64,000 nucleotides of DNA from a virus. Its lineage: Duplodnaviria > Caudoviricetes. The notes beneath the pieces were generated by a model, which did not search any database, had not been told where the DNA came from, and worked only from the letters and a program-made list of their open reading frames with translations. This document shows, in pieces, positions 1-8,638 of the stretch. A program made the translations under genes and the position numbers. Location: IMG/VR virus record IMGVR_UViG_3300038524_000024, positions 40,988-104,987 of that record; one strand, written 5' to 3'. Position 1 is the first letter of the stretch. Each line of letters begins with the position of its first letter.

Positions 1-457
1 AAACGGTCTGCCAAGTGAAATATGGAATGGTGTTACCAAAGAATTTACATATGGATTTCTAGATGGGCTATTATCGTCAGATGGAAATGTCGAAAAGGGT
101 AAAAGAGTCTCGCTTAGCAGTGCGCACGAAAATTTAGCAAAAGATGTTCTTGATTTACTTGGTTGCTTGGGCATACCTGCAAATATGCATAAAAGAACGA
201 CTAGGTTAAAAGGTTATGATAAAAGTTATATAAGTTATGTTATTCGTTTTCAAGGTCATTATCTTGATAATAAGTTTAGTTTAAGTAATAAATTTAAACA
301 AGACAGGTTGAACGAAATGTCGGAAGGGATAATTCATAAAAGTCCTTTGAGACATGTCGTATCTGTTACTAAAACACACCTTAGTGAAAACGTTTGGGAT
401 ATTACAGTATATGACGATACACATTGCTTCTCTCTACCAAATGTCATTACTGGAAAT
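1..457 (+). mobile_element. C-terminal part of LAGLIDADG intein in NrdJ
   Basis: GFLDGLLSSDG endonuclease motif (about 53-85); VWDITV..HCF...TGN then C(+1) at 458, the catalytic Cys of the NPCxE motif. Confidence 0.9.
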
Positions 458-1348
458 TGTAATGAGCAAAGTTTGGAATCAATGGAGACGTGTTTACTTG
501 TAGAATCGTTCCCAAATAGAAATGAAAACCTAGAAGATTATAAACGAACATTAAAATTCGCATATCTATACGCAAAAACAGTTACTCTTGCCAAAACTCA
601 TTGGGCAGAAACTAATCGTGTCATGCTGCGTAATCGCAGAATAGGTTTGTCTATGTCTGGAATCGCACAATTTATTACGGACAGAGGACTCAATGAATTA
701 AAACAGTGGTGCGAAGAGGGATATAAGACGATTAGATATTATGACAATGTATATTCCGATTGGCTTGCTATTCCCAAAAGCATAAAAGTAACTTCTGTAA
801 AACCATCTGGAAGTGTTAGTCTACTTGCCGGTGCAACTGCTGGTATACACTATCCAGAAAGTAATTTTTATATTCGTAGAATTAGATTGTCCAAATTCTC
901 AGACCTTATTGAGCCTTTACAAAACGCAGGATATAAGGTTGAGTTGGCTGTTGGGCAAGAGGATAGTACGGTGGTAGTTGAATTTCCAGTATCGCTAGGC
1001 AAGAAGATGAGAACCATCAAAGATTTGTCCATGTGGGAACAATTATCTCTCGGTGCTTTTATGCAAAGATATTGGTCTGATAATCAAGTATCACAGACCG
1101 TTACATTCAATCCAGAACTAGAAGGCAAAGATATTGCACATGCCTTAGAATACTTCCAATATCAATTAAAGGGGGTTAGCTTTCTTCCAACTTTGGAATA
1201 TGGTGCTTATCCACAAATGCCATATGAAGCTATTACCGAAGACGAATATAATGATATGATGAGTAAAATCACTGTAGCCGATTTTTCAAGTAATGTAGAA
1301 GATGCTATTGATGAAAAGTTTTGTAATAATGATGTTTGTACTATATAA
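1..1348 (+). CDS. nrdJ: Class II (AdoCbl-dependent, monomeric RTPR-type) ribonucleotide reductase, 5'-truncated, intein-containing
   Basis: Frame open from window start; CNEQSLE active-site Cys/Glu, RNRRIGLSMSG, TSVKPSGSVSLLAG, WSDNQVSQTVTF, C-terminal EKFCNNDVC redox pair. Confidence 0.93.
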   Translation, partial: NGLPSEIWNGVTKEFTYGFLDGLLSSDGNVEKGKRVSLSSAHENLAKDVLDLLGCLGIPANMHKRTTRLKGYDKSYISYVIRFQGHYLDNKFSLSNKFKQDRLNEMSEGIIHKSPLRHVVSVTKTHLSENVWDITVYDDTHCFSLPNVITGNCNEQSLESMETCLLVESFPNRNENLEDYKRTLKFAYLYAKTVTLAKTHWAETNRVMLRNRRIGLSMSGIAQFITDRGLNELKQWCEEGYKTIRYYDNVYSDWLAIPKSIKVTSVKPSGSVSLLAGATAGIHYPESNFYIRRIRLSKFSDLIEPLQNAGYKVELAVGQEDSTVVVEFPVSLGKKMRTIKDLSMWEQLSLGAFMQRYWSDNQVSQTVTFNPELEGKDIAHALEYFQYQLKGVSFLPTLEYGAYPQMPYEAITEDEYNDMMSKITVADFSSNVEDAIDEKFCNNDVCTI

Positions 1349-1366
1349 ACCGTTGTGGATAATGTT

Positions 1367-2404
1367 ATGAAATTTGGAAGTTTATTTACTGGAATTGGCG
1401 GTTTTGATTTAGGGCTTTCAAATTCTGGAATGGAATGTGTTTGGCAGGTTGAGAACGATATAACCTGCCAGCACATACTAAGAAAACATTTTAATGGCGT
1501 TAAATTATATGATAGTGTAAAAAAAGTAGGCAAAGACAACTTGGAAAAAATTGACCTTATCTGCGGTGGGTTTCCTTGCCAAGAGATATCTAAAGCCGGA
1601 AATCGTAAAGGATTAAATGGAAGACGTAGTGGTTTGTGGTTTGAATATAAAAGAATTATTAGCGAATTACTTCCCAGATGGGTTATTATCGAAAACGTTC
1701 CGGGTTTGCTCACATCTGGAAATGGAGAAGACTTCAAAGAAGTTATCGGGTCGATTGATGAATTCGGGTATGGTGTTTCGTGGAGAATCTTGGATAGCAA
1801 ATATTTCGGAGTCCCACAACGGCGCCGTAGACTCTTTATTGTCGGAAGTCTTGGAAACAACAGTTCATCCAAAGTACTTTTTGAGCGAAAGAGCCTGTCG
1901 GGGGATATTGAGGAGACTAATAACAAAAAAATCAAAAATCAAGAACCAAGAAGCAATTCTAATGGCTCTAAATCTTCGTATAACCCCACCATCTGGTGGA
2001 ATGGAAGTCAAATAAGCCAGACATTAGATAGGACACTATATAAAAGACAGGCAATGCCAGAAAAAGGAAGATTTCCTGCTGTTTTAACACCCATTTGGAG
2101 CAAATGCGAACTATGTGAGAACTATTGGTGTAATATTCATGGAATGCATGTTGCTGATTGTGATTGCCCACCGGTAGAAGATTTTACAGAATGCTCTACG
2201 TATCCATACGATGCTTCATTATTACGCTATCTAACCCCATTAGAATGTGAAAGGCTACAAGGATTTCCAGACAATTGGACTGTTTGTAATATAGATGATA
2301 TAGAAATATCTGATATGCAAAGATATAAAAAAATTGGCAATGCGGTTACTGTGAATGTAGCAGAATGGATTGGAAAGCGAATTATGGAAGTAGATAAACT
2401 TTAG
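1367..2404 (+). CDS. dcm: DNA (cytosine-5) methyltransferase
   Basis: FTGIGG (I), GGFPCQ (IV), ENV (VI), PQRRRR (VIII), RYLTPLECERLQGFP (IX), IGNAV (X); start at ATG 1367 or GTG 1355. Confidence 0.95.
   Translation: MKFGSLFTGIGGFDLGLSNSGMECVWQVENDITCQHILRKHFNGVKLYDSVKKVGKDNLEKIDLICGGFPCQEISKAGNRKGLNGRRSGLWFEYKRIISELLPRWVIIENVPGLLTSGNGEDFKEVIGSIDEFGYGVSWRILDSKYFGVPQRRRRLFIVGSLGNNSSSKVLFERKSLSGDIEETNNKKIKNQEPRSNSNGSKSSYNPTIWWNGSQISQTLDRTLYKRQAMPEKGRFPAVLTPIWSKCELCENYWCNIHGMHVADCDCPPVEDFTECSTYPYDASLLRYLTPLECERLQGFPDNWTVCNIDDIEISDMQRYKKIGNAVTVNVAEWIGKRIMEVDKL
1617..2015 (+). CDS. Overprinted alternative-frame ORF resembling the beta polypeptide of M.EcoHK31I-type MTases
   Basis: 132-aa ORF nested in dcm, AAGGA shortly before ATG, contains LSEVLE...PKYFLSERACRGILRR motif. 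Confidence 0.65.
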   Translation: MEDVVVCGLNIKELLANYFPDGLLSKTFRVCSHLEMEKTSKKLSGRLMNSGMVFRGESWIANISESHNGAVDSLLSEVLETTVHPKYFLSERACRGILRRLITKKSKIKNQEAILMALNLRITPPSGGMEVK

Positions 2405-2414
2405 GAGATTCAAT

Positions 2415-4094
2415 ATGAAAATAGATGTTCTTGATAAAGGATTTGTTGAATTACTTGAAAGTATGGGAAATGATAGTACCATTGCGGAATCTGCTAGAAT
2501 TTCTCATTTAGGTAAATATAAATCTGATGAAGCAGATGCAAAACTTATTCGTAATCTAATTACTAGTGGACACACTTCACCACTAGAACAGGTTGAATTT
2601 CGATTTCTTGTAAAAGCACCCATATATGTCGCAAGACAATGGATGAGACATCGTACATGGTGTTTAAGCGGGGATACAGAAATAACATTCAACAGACCAG
2701 ATAGGTGGAATCGAGGAATGCATACAAAGCAATCTCCATTTTTTGAAGACGGATTTACAATAAAAGAATTGTATAGGAAATGGAAGAAGTCTGAGCATTC
2801 AAAAAATATTATTTCATCTATGCTGCTACGTGTTTATGATGAAAAAGAAAAAAAATTCACTATTTCTAATATAAAAAATATTCTATATAGTGGTAAAAAA
2901 GAAGTATATAAAGTATCAACCCAATCTGGAAAAAATATTAAATGTTCAAAAGACCATCTGTTTTTAACTGGGGAAGGGTGGATGACACTAGAAAAAGCTC
3001 TCGGATTAGGGTTGACTAATAGCAATTTAGCGTATATGACTGATAATAGCGCTTTTTTTCTAACTAATGGAGAGCAATTATATCAAAACAAAGAGTGGCT
3101 ATCAAACCAAAAAACTTTAGGAAAATCTGTACAGGATATGGCAGATGAAGCTGGATGTGGATATTATACAATAAGAAAATATTTAAAGCGATATAACTTA
3201 CAGTTTGACCCTCTCCAAAATTTAGCAGGGGTCAACGGGAAACCAGTTTGGAACAAGGGTGTTTATGGATATAAATTAAATACTATTTTTTCAGAAGAAG
3301 CTAAAGAGAATATAAGAAAAGCTAGGGCGGGAGAAAAATCTAACTTTTGGAAAGGAGGAGTTACCTCTGATAGAGCACGCATAGCAGGGTGGGCCAACAG
3401 TGTTGCAAAAAGTGTGCATGCCAAGAATAATTATACATGCCAGCGTTGTAATAAGGTTGGAGGAAAGTTGCATGCCCATCATATTATGCCAGTAGTGGAT
3501 TATCCAGAAAAAGCATATGATATAAAAAATTTAACAACGCTATGTGAAAATTGCCACAAAGAGATTCATAATAATAAAGAAAACAATAGAAGCAAAAACG
3601 GAACTCCTTTACTGGCTAAATTAGAACAGATAGTTTCTATTGAGTATATTGGTATTGAAGATACATATGATATAGAAGTCGAAGGAGAACATCACAACTT
3701 TGTAGCAAACGGGTTTGTTGTTCATAACTCATACTCCGAGGTTTCCCGTAGATACACATCAAAAGATATGGATTTTTATGTACCACAATTTGACAGTGAG
3801 GATGCAAAACACGCCTATGAACAATCTGTTTTCATATCGCTCAACGCATACAATAAGCTTATAGAAGAGTCGGTCAGAAAAGAACAGGCAAGAGGTGTTC
3901 TACCAACTTGTTTGTACACAACATTCTATGCTAAAACGGACTTGCACAATCTCTTTCATTTTCTAGAGTTAAGACTAGGCAAAGGTGCTCAATATGAAAT
4001 AGTAGAATATGCTAATGCAATTTGTAAATTGATTGAGCCAATAGCACCAATAACAATGCAGATTTGGCTAGAAAAATATAATGTGGTAAAATAA
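2415..4094 (+). CDS. thyX: Flavin-dependent thymidylate synthase ThyX with intein
   Basis: GHTSPLEQ, ARQWMRHRTW-[intein]-SYSEVSRRY (RHRx7S motif restored on splicing), EQARGVLP, AQYEI. Confidence 0.95.
   Translation: MKIDVLDKGFVELLESMGNDSTIAESARISHLGKYKSDEADAKLIRNLITSGHTSPLEQVEFRFLVKAPIYVARQWMRHRTWCLSGDTEITFNRPDRWNRGMHTKQSPFFEDGFTIKELYRKWKKSEHSKNIISSMLLRVYDEKEKKFTISNIKNILYSGKKEVYKVSTQSGKNIKCSKDHLFLTGEGWMTLEKALGLGLTNSNLAYMTDNSAFFLTNGEQLYQNKEWLSNQKTLGKSVQDMADEAGCGYYTIRKYLKRYNLQFDPLQNLAGVNGKPVWNKGVYGYKLNTIFSEEAKENIRKARAGEKSNFWKGGVTSDRARIAGWANSVAKSVHAKNNYTCQRCNKVGGKLHAHHIMPVVDYPEKAYDIKNLTTLCENCHKEIHNNKENNRSKNGTPLLAKLEQIVSIEYIGIEDTYDIEVEGEHHNFVANGFVVHNSYSEVSRRYTSKDMDFYVPQFDSEDAKHAYEQSVFISLNAYNKLIEESVRKEQARGVLPTCLYTTFYAKTDLHNLFHFLELRLGKGAQYEIVEYANAICKLIEPIAPITMQIWLEKYNVVK
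2661..3728 (+). mobile_element. Intein (356 aa) carrying an HNH homing endonuclease
   Basis: Begins CLSGDT, block B CSKDHLF, ends TYDIEV..HHNFVANGFVVHN then S; internal CQRC..LHAHHI...NLTTLCENCHKEIH HNH and NUMOD3-like SEEAKENIR. Confidence 0.93.
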
Positions 4095-4095
4095 A

Positions 4096-4965
4096 ATGTC
4101 TATCTTAATCTCTAATGAAAACGAATTGACTCCAGTAGATAAAATAGATGATTTTTTATTTGTTAAAAGAGATGATTTATTTTCTCCTTCTGATGCATCC
4201 GGTATCAATGGAGGAAAATTGAGACAATGTATTTTTTTATTCAAGTCAATTGAGCATAAATACAATGGAGTTATAACAGGTTGTGGAATATATTCACCCC
4301 AATCGTCTATTGTATCTTATGTTGCAAATAAGCAAGAAATTCCTTCTTATGTTTGTGTGGGTGGAACTACGGAAAATAATATAAACCAAAACAAATATTT
4401 ATCTTTATCTAAAAAATATGGTGGTCAAATAATTAATTTAAAAAGTGGAAGACACACCGTGCTATATAAATACGCAAGAGAAAGAGCATTAAAAGATAAT
4501 TTGTTTTTAGTAAATTATGGTATCAACCTAGACGATAACATGCAATCCCTTATTTTTTCTACTGCTAATCAAGTAGAAAATATACCGGACTATTTAGACA
4601 ATTTATTTATTACTTGTGGTAGCGGAATCACGTCCATTGGAATATTAGTTGGAATAAAAAAGTTTGGCAAAAAGATAAGAAATATTACATTGATAGGAAA
4701 CGCACCAAATAGAACTTTAAAAATAAAAAAAACATTAGCACTAATAGAAAATTATGATAATCAATACAAAGGTGTTTTAGACATTGATTTTAATTTTATA
4801 GACAGATATTCAGATATAAATTTCAAATATGAAAGAAAAGAAACTGGATTTCTAAATGATATATTGCTGCACCCAAACTATGAAGCAAAAGCTTGGAATT
4901 ATATAGTTCAAGAAAAACTACTATCTGGAAAAAATTTATTTTGGATAGTGGGTGCTTCTTTATAA
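4096..4965 (+). CDS. PLP-dependent enzyme, fold type II (ACC deaminase / D-Cys desulfhydrase-like); candidate DNA-modification decarboxylase
   Basis: TPV..FVKRDDL...NGGKLRQ Schiff-base Lys, TCGSGITS phosphate loop, HPNYEAK, FWIVG. Confidence 0.8.
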   Translation: MSILISNENELTPVDKIDDFLFVKRDDLFSPSDASGINGGKLRQCIFLFKSIEHKYNGVITGCGIYSPQSSIVSYVANKQEIPSYVCVGGTTENNINQNKYLSLSKKYGGQIINLKSGRHTVLYKYARERALKDNLFLVNYGINLDDNMQSLIFSTANQVENIPDYLDNLFITCGSGITSIGILVGIKKFGKKIRNITLIGNAPNRTLKIKKTLALIENYDNQYKGVLDIDFNFIDRYSDINFKYERKETGFLNDILLHPNYEAKAWNYIVQEKLLSGKNLFWIVGASL

Positions 4966-4976
4966 GAAAGGAAATT

Positions 4977-6056
4977 ATGACATACAAATATCCAATTCAA
5001 CTAACTCAACAGTTTCGTTTTTGTGGAAATGCTTTTAGAATAGACCTATATCGGGGCTGTGATTTTGGTTGTAATTATTGTTTTGCTAACAATCGTGGGG
5101 GAGGCATTAAAAGAGGTTACGATAGCGCAGAGTTTGAACAAATTGAAAATTTATTTACAAAAGCTTTTGAATCTGATAAGGAATATAAAGATGTAACAGT
5201 TGAACTTATAAAGAGAAAAGTTCCCTTGCATTTGGGTGGCATGTCAGACCCTTTTCAAGAAAGAGAATTTGAACAAGAGTTGTCTTATAAATTGTTGGAA
5301 TTGACTAAAAAATATAATTATCCAATGATTATATCTACAAAGCAAGCTTTTTTACCTGAAAAATATTGGCAAGTTATGGATAATAAAATTCATGCTTTTC
5401 AAATTAGTTTAATGGGATATGATGATAGTTTCCTTACTCAATACGAGGGAAATACCCCAAGCGTAACAGAAAGAATTGCATTTATGCAAAAATTACATGA
5501 CAATGGTTTTTGGGTATCTCTACGTTTGCAACCACTAATTGATTTAGAACAAGCAAAGAAAGTTATTGTGGCTGTTGAAGATATTGTCAACTATATTACT
5601 ATAGAACATTTGAAAATTCCTAATGATAATGTGGAAATTAAAAATTTATTTGCGCCACTCATAAAAAAGGAGGATTATTATTATCCTAGTTCTATGCGTA
5701 ACATGGAACTTAAAAAAGAAATAAAAGAATATAATTTTAATGAAATTAAAAAAATTACTAAAATTAAATTAGGTGCTGGTGATAATGATTTACATTATTT
5801 GTCAGATAGCCGAAATTGCTGTGGTATTGATACGATTGGAAAAGAATTTGATAACTGGTTAAAATATAATTATACATATTTTGTGACAGGTGATAAAAGT
5901 GAAAATTTTGACGAGCTATGGTGTCCTGTCGGAAATGTAAATAGTTTTTTAAATCCTGATACTCGCATAAAGGGATTTAATAGTTACAAACAATATACAG
6001 ATGCATATACAGAAAAATTTGGTAAGAAAATGAAAAGGTTAGAAAAAAATGAATAA
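4977..6056 (+). CDS. Radical SAM protein (spore photoproduct lyase-like)
   Basis: GCDFGCNYCF CxxxCxxC, LGGMSDPFQ, ISTK, LRLQPLI, extra CCG; RBS AAGGAA before ATG 4977. Confidence 0.88.
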   Translation: MTYKYPIQLTQQFRFCGNAFRIDLYRGCDFGCNYCFANNRGGGIKRGYDSAEFEQIENLFTKAFESDKEYKDVTVELIKRKVPLHLGGMSDPFQEREFEQELSYKLLELTKKYNYPMIISTKQAFLPEKYWQVMDNKIHAFQISLMGYDDSFLTQYEGNTPSVTERIAFMQKLHDNGFWVSLRLQPLIDLEQAKKVIVAVEDIVNYITIEHLKIPNDNVEIKNLFAPLIKKEDYYYPSSMRNMELKKEIKEYNFNEIKKITKIKLGAGDNDLHYLSDSRNCCGIDTIGKEFDNWLKYNYTYFVTGDKSENFDELWCPVGNVNSFLNPDTRIKGFNSYKQYTDAYTEKFGKKMKRLEKNE

Positions 6057-6107
6057 ACTAGATTAAAATAAAATATAACTTTCATTTGAAACAATAAGGA
6101 GATTCTT

Positions 6108-6296
6108 GTGCGTGAAATAGACCGTATAGACCGTATCTTAAATATCATTTCAAAACTCTGGCATTTAATGCCAGATTTGAGATTGGGGCAACTTCTATAT
6201 AATTTCGCTGGCTTTGGAGATAAAGAGTATTATATAGAGGACGATATCACTGAAGAGAAATTGTTAGCATCACTGCGTAAGTGGAATATTGAATGA
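6108..6296 (+). CDS. Hypothetical phage protein (RxxxRI...W...PDLRLGQL type)
   Basis: RBS AAGGAG before GTG; motif typical of small phage proteins. Confidence 0.7.
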   Translation: MREIDRIDRILNIISKLWHLMPDLRLGQLLYNFAGFGDKEYYIEDDITEEKLLASLRKWNIE

Positions 6297-6514
6297 TAAT
6301 CGTAACTCATATATATTTATGTGAAGTTTGTGGTAAAATTGTATCAGAAACGGAAGAGGGTGACCGCTATGGTGATGACCTTATAGATTATCCTAAAGGT
6401 TGGATAGATGTTTGGAAAGATGATAACCACAATGTTGGATATTGCCCAGAATGTGCAGAGAAGCATAAGGATGAATATTATTTAGATAAAAATAGTTTTT
6501 ATTGGTACAAATAA
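6293..6514 (+). CDS. Hypothetical Zn-finger protein
   Basis: CEVC...CPEC; ATGA overlap with upstream gene. Confidence 0.65.
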   Translation: MIIVTHIYLCEVCGKIVSETEEGDRYGDDLIDYPKGWIDVWKDDNHNVGYCPECAEKHKDEYYLDKNSFYWYK

Positions 6515-6529
6515 AAGGAATCTATACAT

Positions 6530-6829
6530 ATGAGAAACGAACGTCAAGAAATATACTGTCACGAGTGTAATAATTATGTCCAATTTGTCATTGACCTTGA
6601 ACTGAACGGAAATCATGTTCTCAAATGTCCAAAATGTGGACACGAACATTGTCGAGTTGTTAGGAACGGAATTATCACCGATGACAGATGGGATAGTAGA
6701 AATGGAGCAGCGATATATGTATCAAGATATACAATCACTTATAGCACAAATTCATATGCTACAACTTCAAGTTTTGGTACAGCCACAAACGCTTTCATCT
6801 TTGCCTCTGCCGGCACCTCGGTAGCATAA
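6530..6829 (+). CDS. Hypothetical Zn-ribbon protein
   Basis: CHEC...CPKCGHEHC followed by S/T-rich tail. Confidence 0.65.
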   Translation: MRNERQEIYCHECNNYVQFVIDLELNGNHVLKCPKCGHEHCRVVRNGIITDDRWDSRNGAAIYVSRYTITYSTNSYATTSSFGTATNAFIFASAGTSVA

Positions 6830-6840
6830 AGGGAGATTCT

Positions 6841-7052
6841 ATGGGATGCGTAGAAAATGTAGATTACAATAAGTTTCCAAAACAAAGTAACTGGCTTAAT
6901 AAAAGAACAAGGGTTTGTTTTTTTATGGAGAAAAGACTCTTAAGGGTACAATCGTTAGAGAAGATATGGAAGACCCTTTTAGAACAATAATTCGCCTTGA
7001 TGATGGTAGATATATATTGTCTGGTGAATGTCAATATGCACCAGAAAATTAA
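6841..7052 (+). pseudogene. Small phage gene interrupted by a -1 frameshift in a T7 run
   Basis: GGAG RBS; MGCVENVDYNKFPKQSNWLNKRTRVCFF continues in the -1 frame as YGEKTLKGTIVREDMEDPFRTIIRLDDGRYILSGECQYAPEN*; T run 6918-6924. Confidence 0.55.
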
Positions 7053-7090
7053 TAAAATAAATGTTTATGACAACACTAAAGAAAGGTTTT

Positions 7091-7288
7091 ATGAAAATTA
7101 ATATAGAAGATATTCAAAAGAATCTCGACCAAAGAAAAGAGTGGAACCTTTTTCCACTTGATAAAATTGAATTCTATGAAAATGGTATAAAATTAGAGAT
7201 ACCCAAAGATGTGATTATTCAATTTGAAAAAATTGGATTGAATAATGTTGATTTCATTACTAGTGGATATTATAAAAGGAAATTTTAA
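7091..7288 (+). CDS. Hypothetical protein
   Basis: AAGG RBS before ATG 7091; fills operon gap. Confidence 0.6.
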   Translation: MKINIEDIQKNLDQRKEWNLFPLDKIEFYENGIKLEIPKDVIIQFEKIGLNNVDFITSGYYKRKF

Positions 7289-7289
7289 A

Positions 7290-7739
7290 ATGAATTCTGA
7301 ATATGGAGATTTCAAACTGAATTCTGAACTTGGTACTTATACGACAGAAAACTTTGAATTAACAAAGAAGCATGAATTTGATGCAGGACTTGATATTTGC
7401 TCAAATGAAAATATCGAAGTACCAGCAAGAGGAAGACAACTTGTGATGACCGGAATACGGTTGAAAATTCCAGATGGCATGGCAGGACTAGTCTGGTCTA
7501 GAAGCGGACTTTCTGTGGCACATGGTATAGAGGTGGGGGCAGGACTCATTGATTCCACATACAGAGGCGAGTTGGGTGTTTTACTATATAACCACTCTGA
7601 CGAACCATTTGAGATAAAGAAAGGCAATAGAATTGCCCAATTAGTTACTGTTCCAATTATGCTTGATACATATCTAAAAGTTGAAACATTAGATGAAACG
7701 CCTCGTGGTGAAGGTGGATTTGGTAGTACAGGAATATAA
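7290..7739 (+). CDS. dut: Trimeric dUTPase
   Basis: AGLD, SRSGL, GLIDSTYRGE, RIAQL, RGEGGFGSTG motifs 1-5. Confidence 0.96.
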   Translation: MNSEYGDFKLNSELGTYTTENFELTKKHEFDAGLDICSNENIEVPARGRQLVMTGIRLKIPDGMAGLVWSRSGLSVAHGIEVGAGLIDSTYRGELGVLLYNHSDEPFEIKKGNRIAQLVTVPIMLDTYLKVETLDETPRGEGGFGSTGI

Positions 7740-7748
7740 TAAAAAGGT

Positions 7749-7783
7749 AAAAAATACCCCCTCGAATGAGGGGGTATTTTTTT
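7749..7783. terminator. Bidirectional intrinsic terminator between convergent operons
   Basis: AAAAAATACCCCCTC-GAAT-GAGGGGGTATTTTTT. Confidence 0.88.
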
Positions 7784-8306
7784 ATTTCGTAGTTCTACGT
7801 GCATATTTGCGTTTTGGTGCTTCTAATGGTATCAAGTTAGCATTCTTCATTTGAACAATAAGTTCAGAATTATATTGCTGTGCTACCCCTAAATCAAATT
7901 TTAACTCGTTGATAACTTCATCTTGTTCACACATTTTTATTTCTTGTTCGTTGAGTCGAATATTATTGTTATCGATTACTATAGCCTGTTCTTTAATAGT
8001 TAGGTCTTGAGCCACTACTTTACTATTAAGCTCATCATGTGCGAACTTAAGCATATTATAATCATTTTCAAGTCGTAAAAGCTTAGTCTGCAAATTAACC
8101 GCTTGTTCTGCAGCTTTGTTGGCAATATCATTAAACTGGTCAGCTACAGACGCTTCTTTTCCCAGGTTGTCTAAATCCATACCCTTTGCTTCTTTAGGCA
8201 TCATTTTTGCGGCTCTTATCCATGTAAATACAGCACCTATTATAGCTATAATACTCGATATTAAAACGCCTGTTACTAAATTAATTAGTTCTTGAGTAAG
8301 TTCCAT
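7782..8306 (-). CDS. Membrane-anchored coiled-coil protein (possible lysis accessory)
   Basis: One N-terminal hydrophobic helix, then long heptad-rich region. Confidence 0.65.
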   Translation of the reverse strand: MELTQELINLVTGVLISSIIAIIGAVFTWIRAAKMMPKEAKGMDLDNLGKEASVADQFNDIANKAAEQAVNLQTKLLRLENDYNMLKFAHDELNSKVVAQDLTIKEQAIVIDNNNIRLNEQEIKMCEQDEVINELKFDLGVAQQYNSELIVQMKNANLIPLEAPKRKYARRTTK

Positions 8307-8638
8307 TGGTCGCTCCTTCCGCTTTTTTCAAACTTATATCTTATGCGCGTCCATACGGAAATAACAGATGAAGATAATAAGATAACAGGTCTGATAAATA
8401 AACTTCCAAATGAATACGGCACTATTGGGGCAACTTCAATAAAAGACTCTTCTAATATATAACCAAATATTATTGACCACACAAAGCAAATTAAAGTTTG
8501 GACTAATACAATCCAATCAAACTGCCTTTTAAGTTTTGTCAGTAATAGATATCCTACTCCGAACCGTACTCCTATAACTGAGAATACAACAATAAGTACT
8601 GCTAAAAAGTTGACAACTATATCATATATAGTTTTCAT
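8285..8638 (-). CDS. Small multi-pass membrane protein
   Basis: About 3 hydrophobic segments; SFGSLFIRPVILL shared with neighbour. Confidence 0.65.
   Translation of the reverse strand: MKTIYDIVVNFLAVLIVVFSVIGVRFGVGYLLLTKLKRQFDWIVLVQTLICFVWSIIFGYILEESFIEVAPIVPYSFGSLFIRPVILLSSSVISVWTRIRYKFEKSGRSDQWNLLKN

Noticed and set aside
6068-6085. ATAAAA-N6-TTTCAT as a recombinase cassette site
   Set aside because: Only one clear copy was found, in AT-rich DNA; could be chance.
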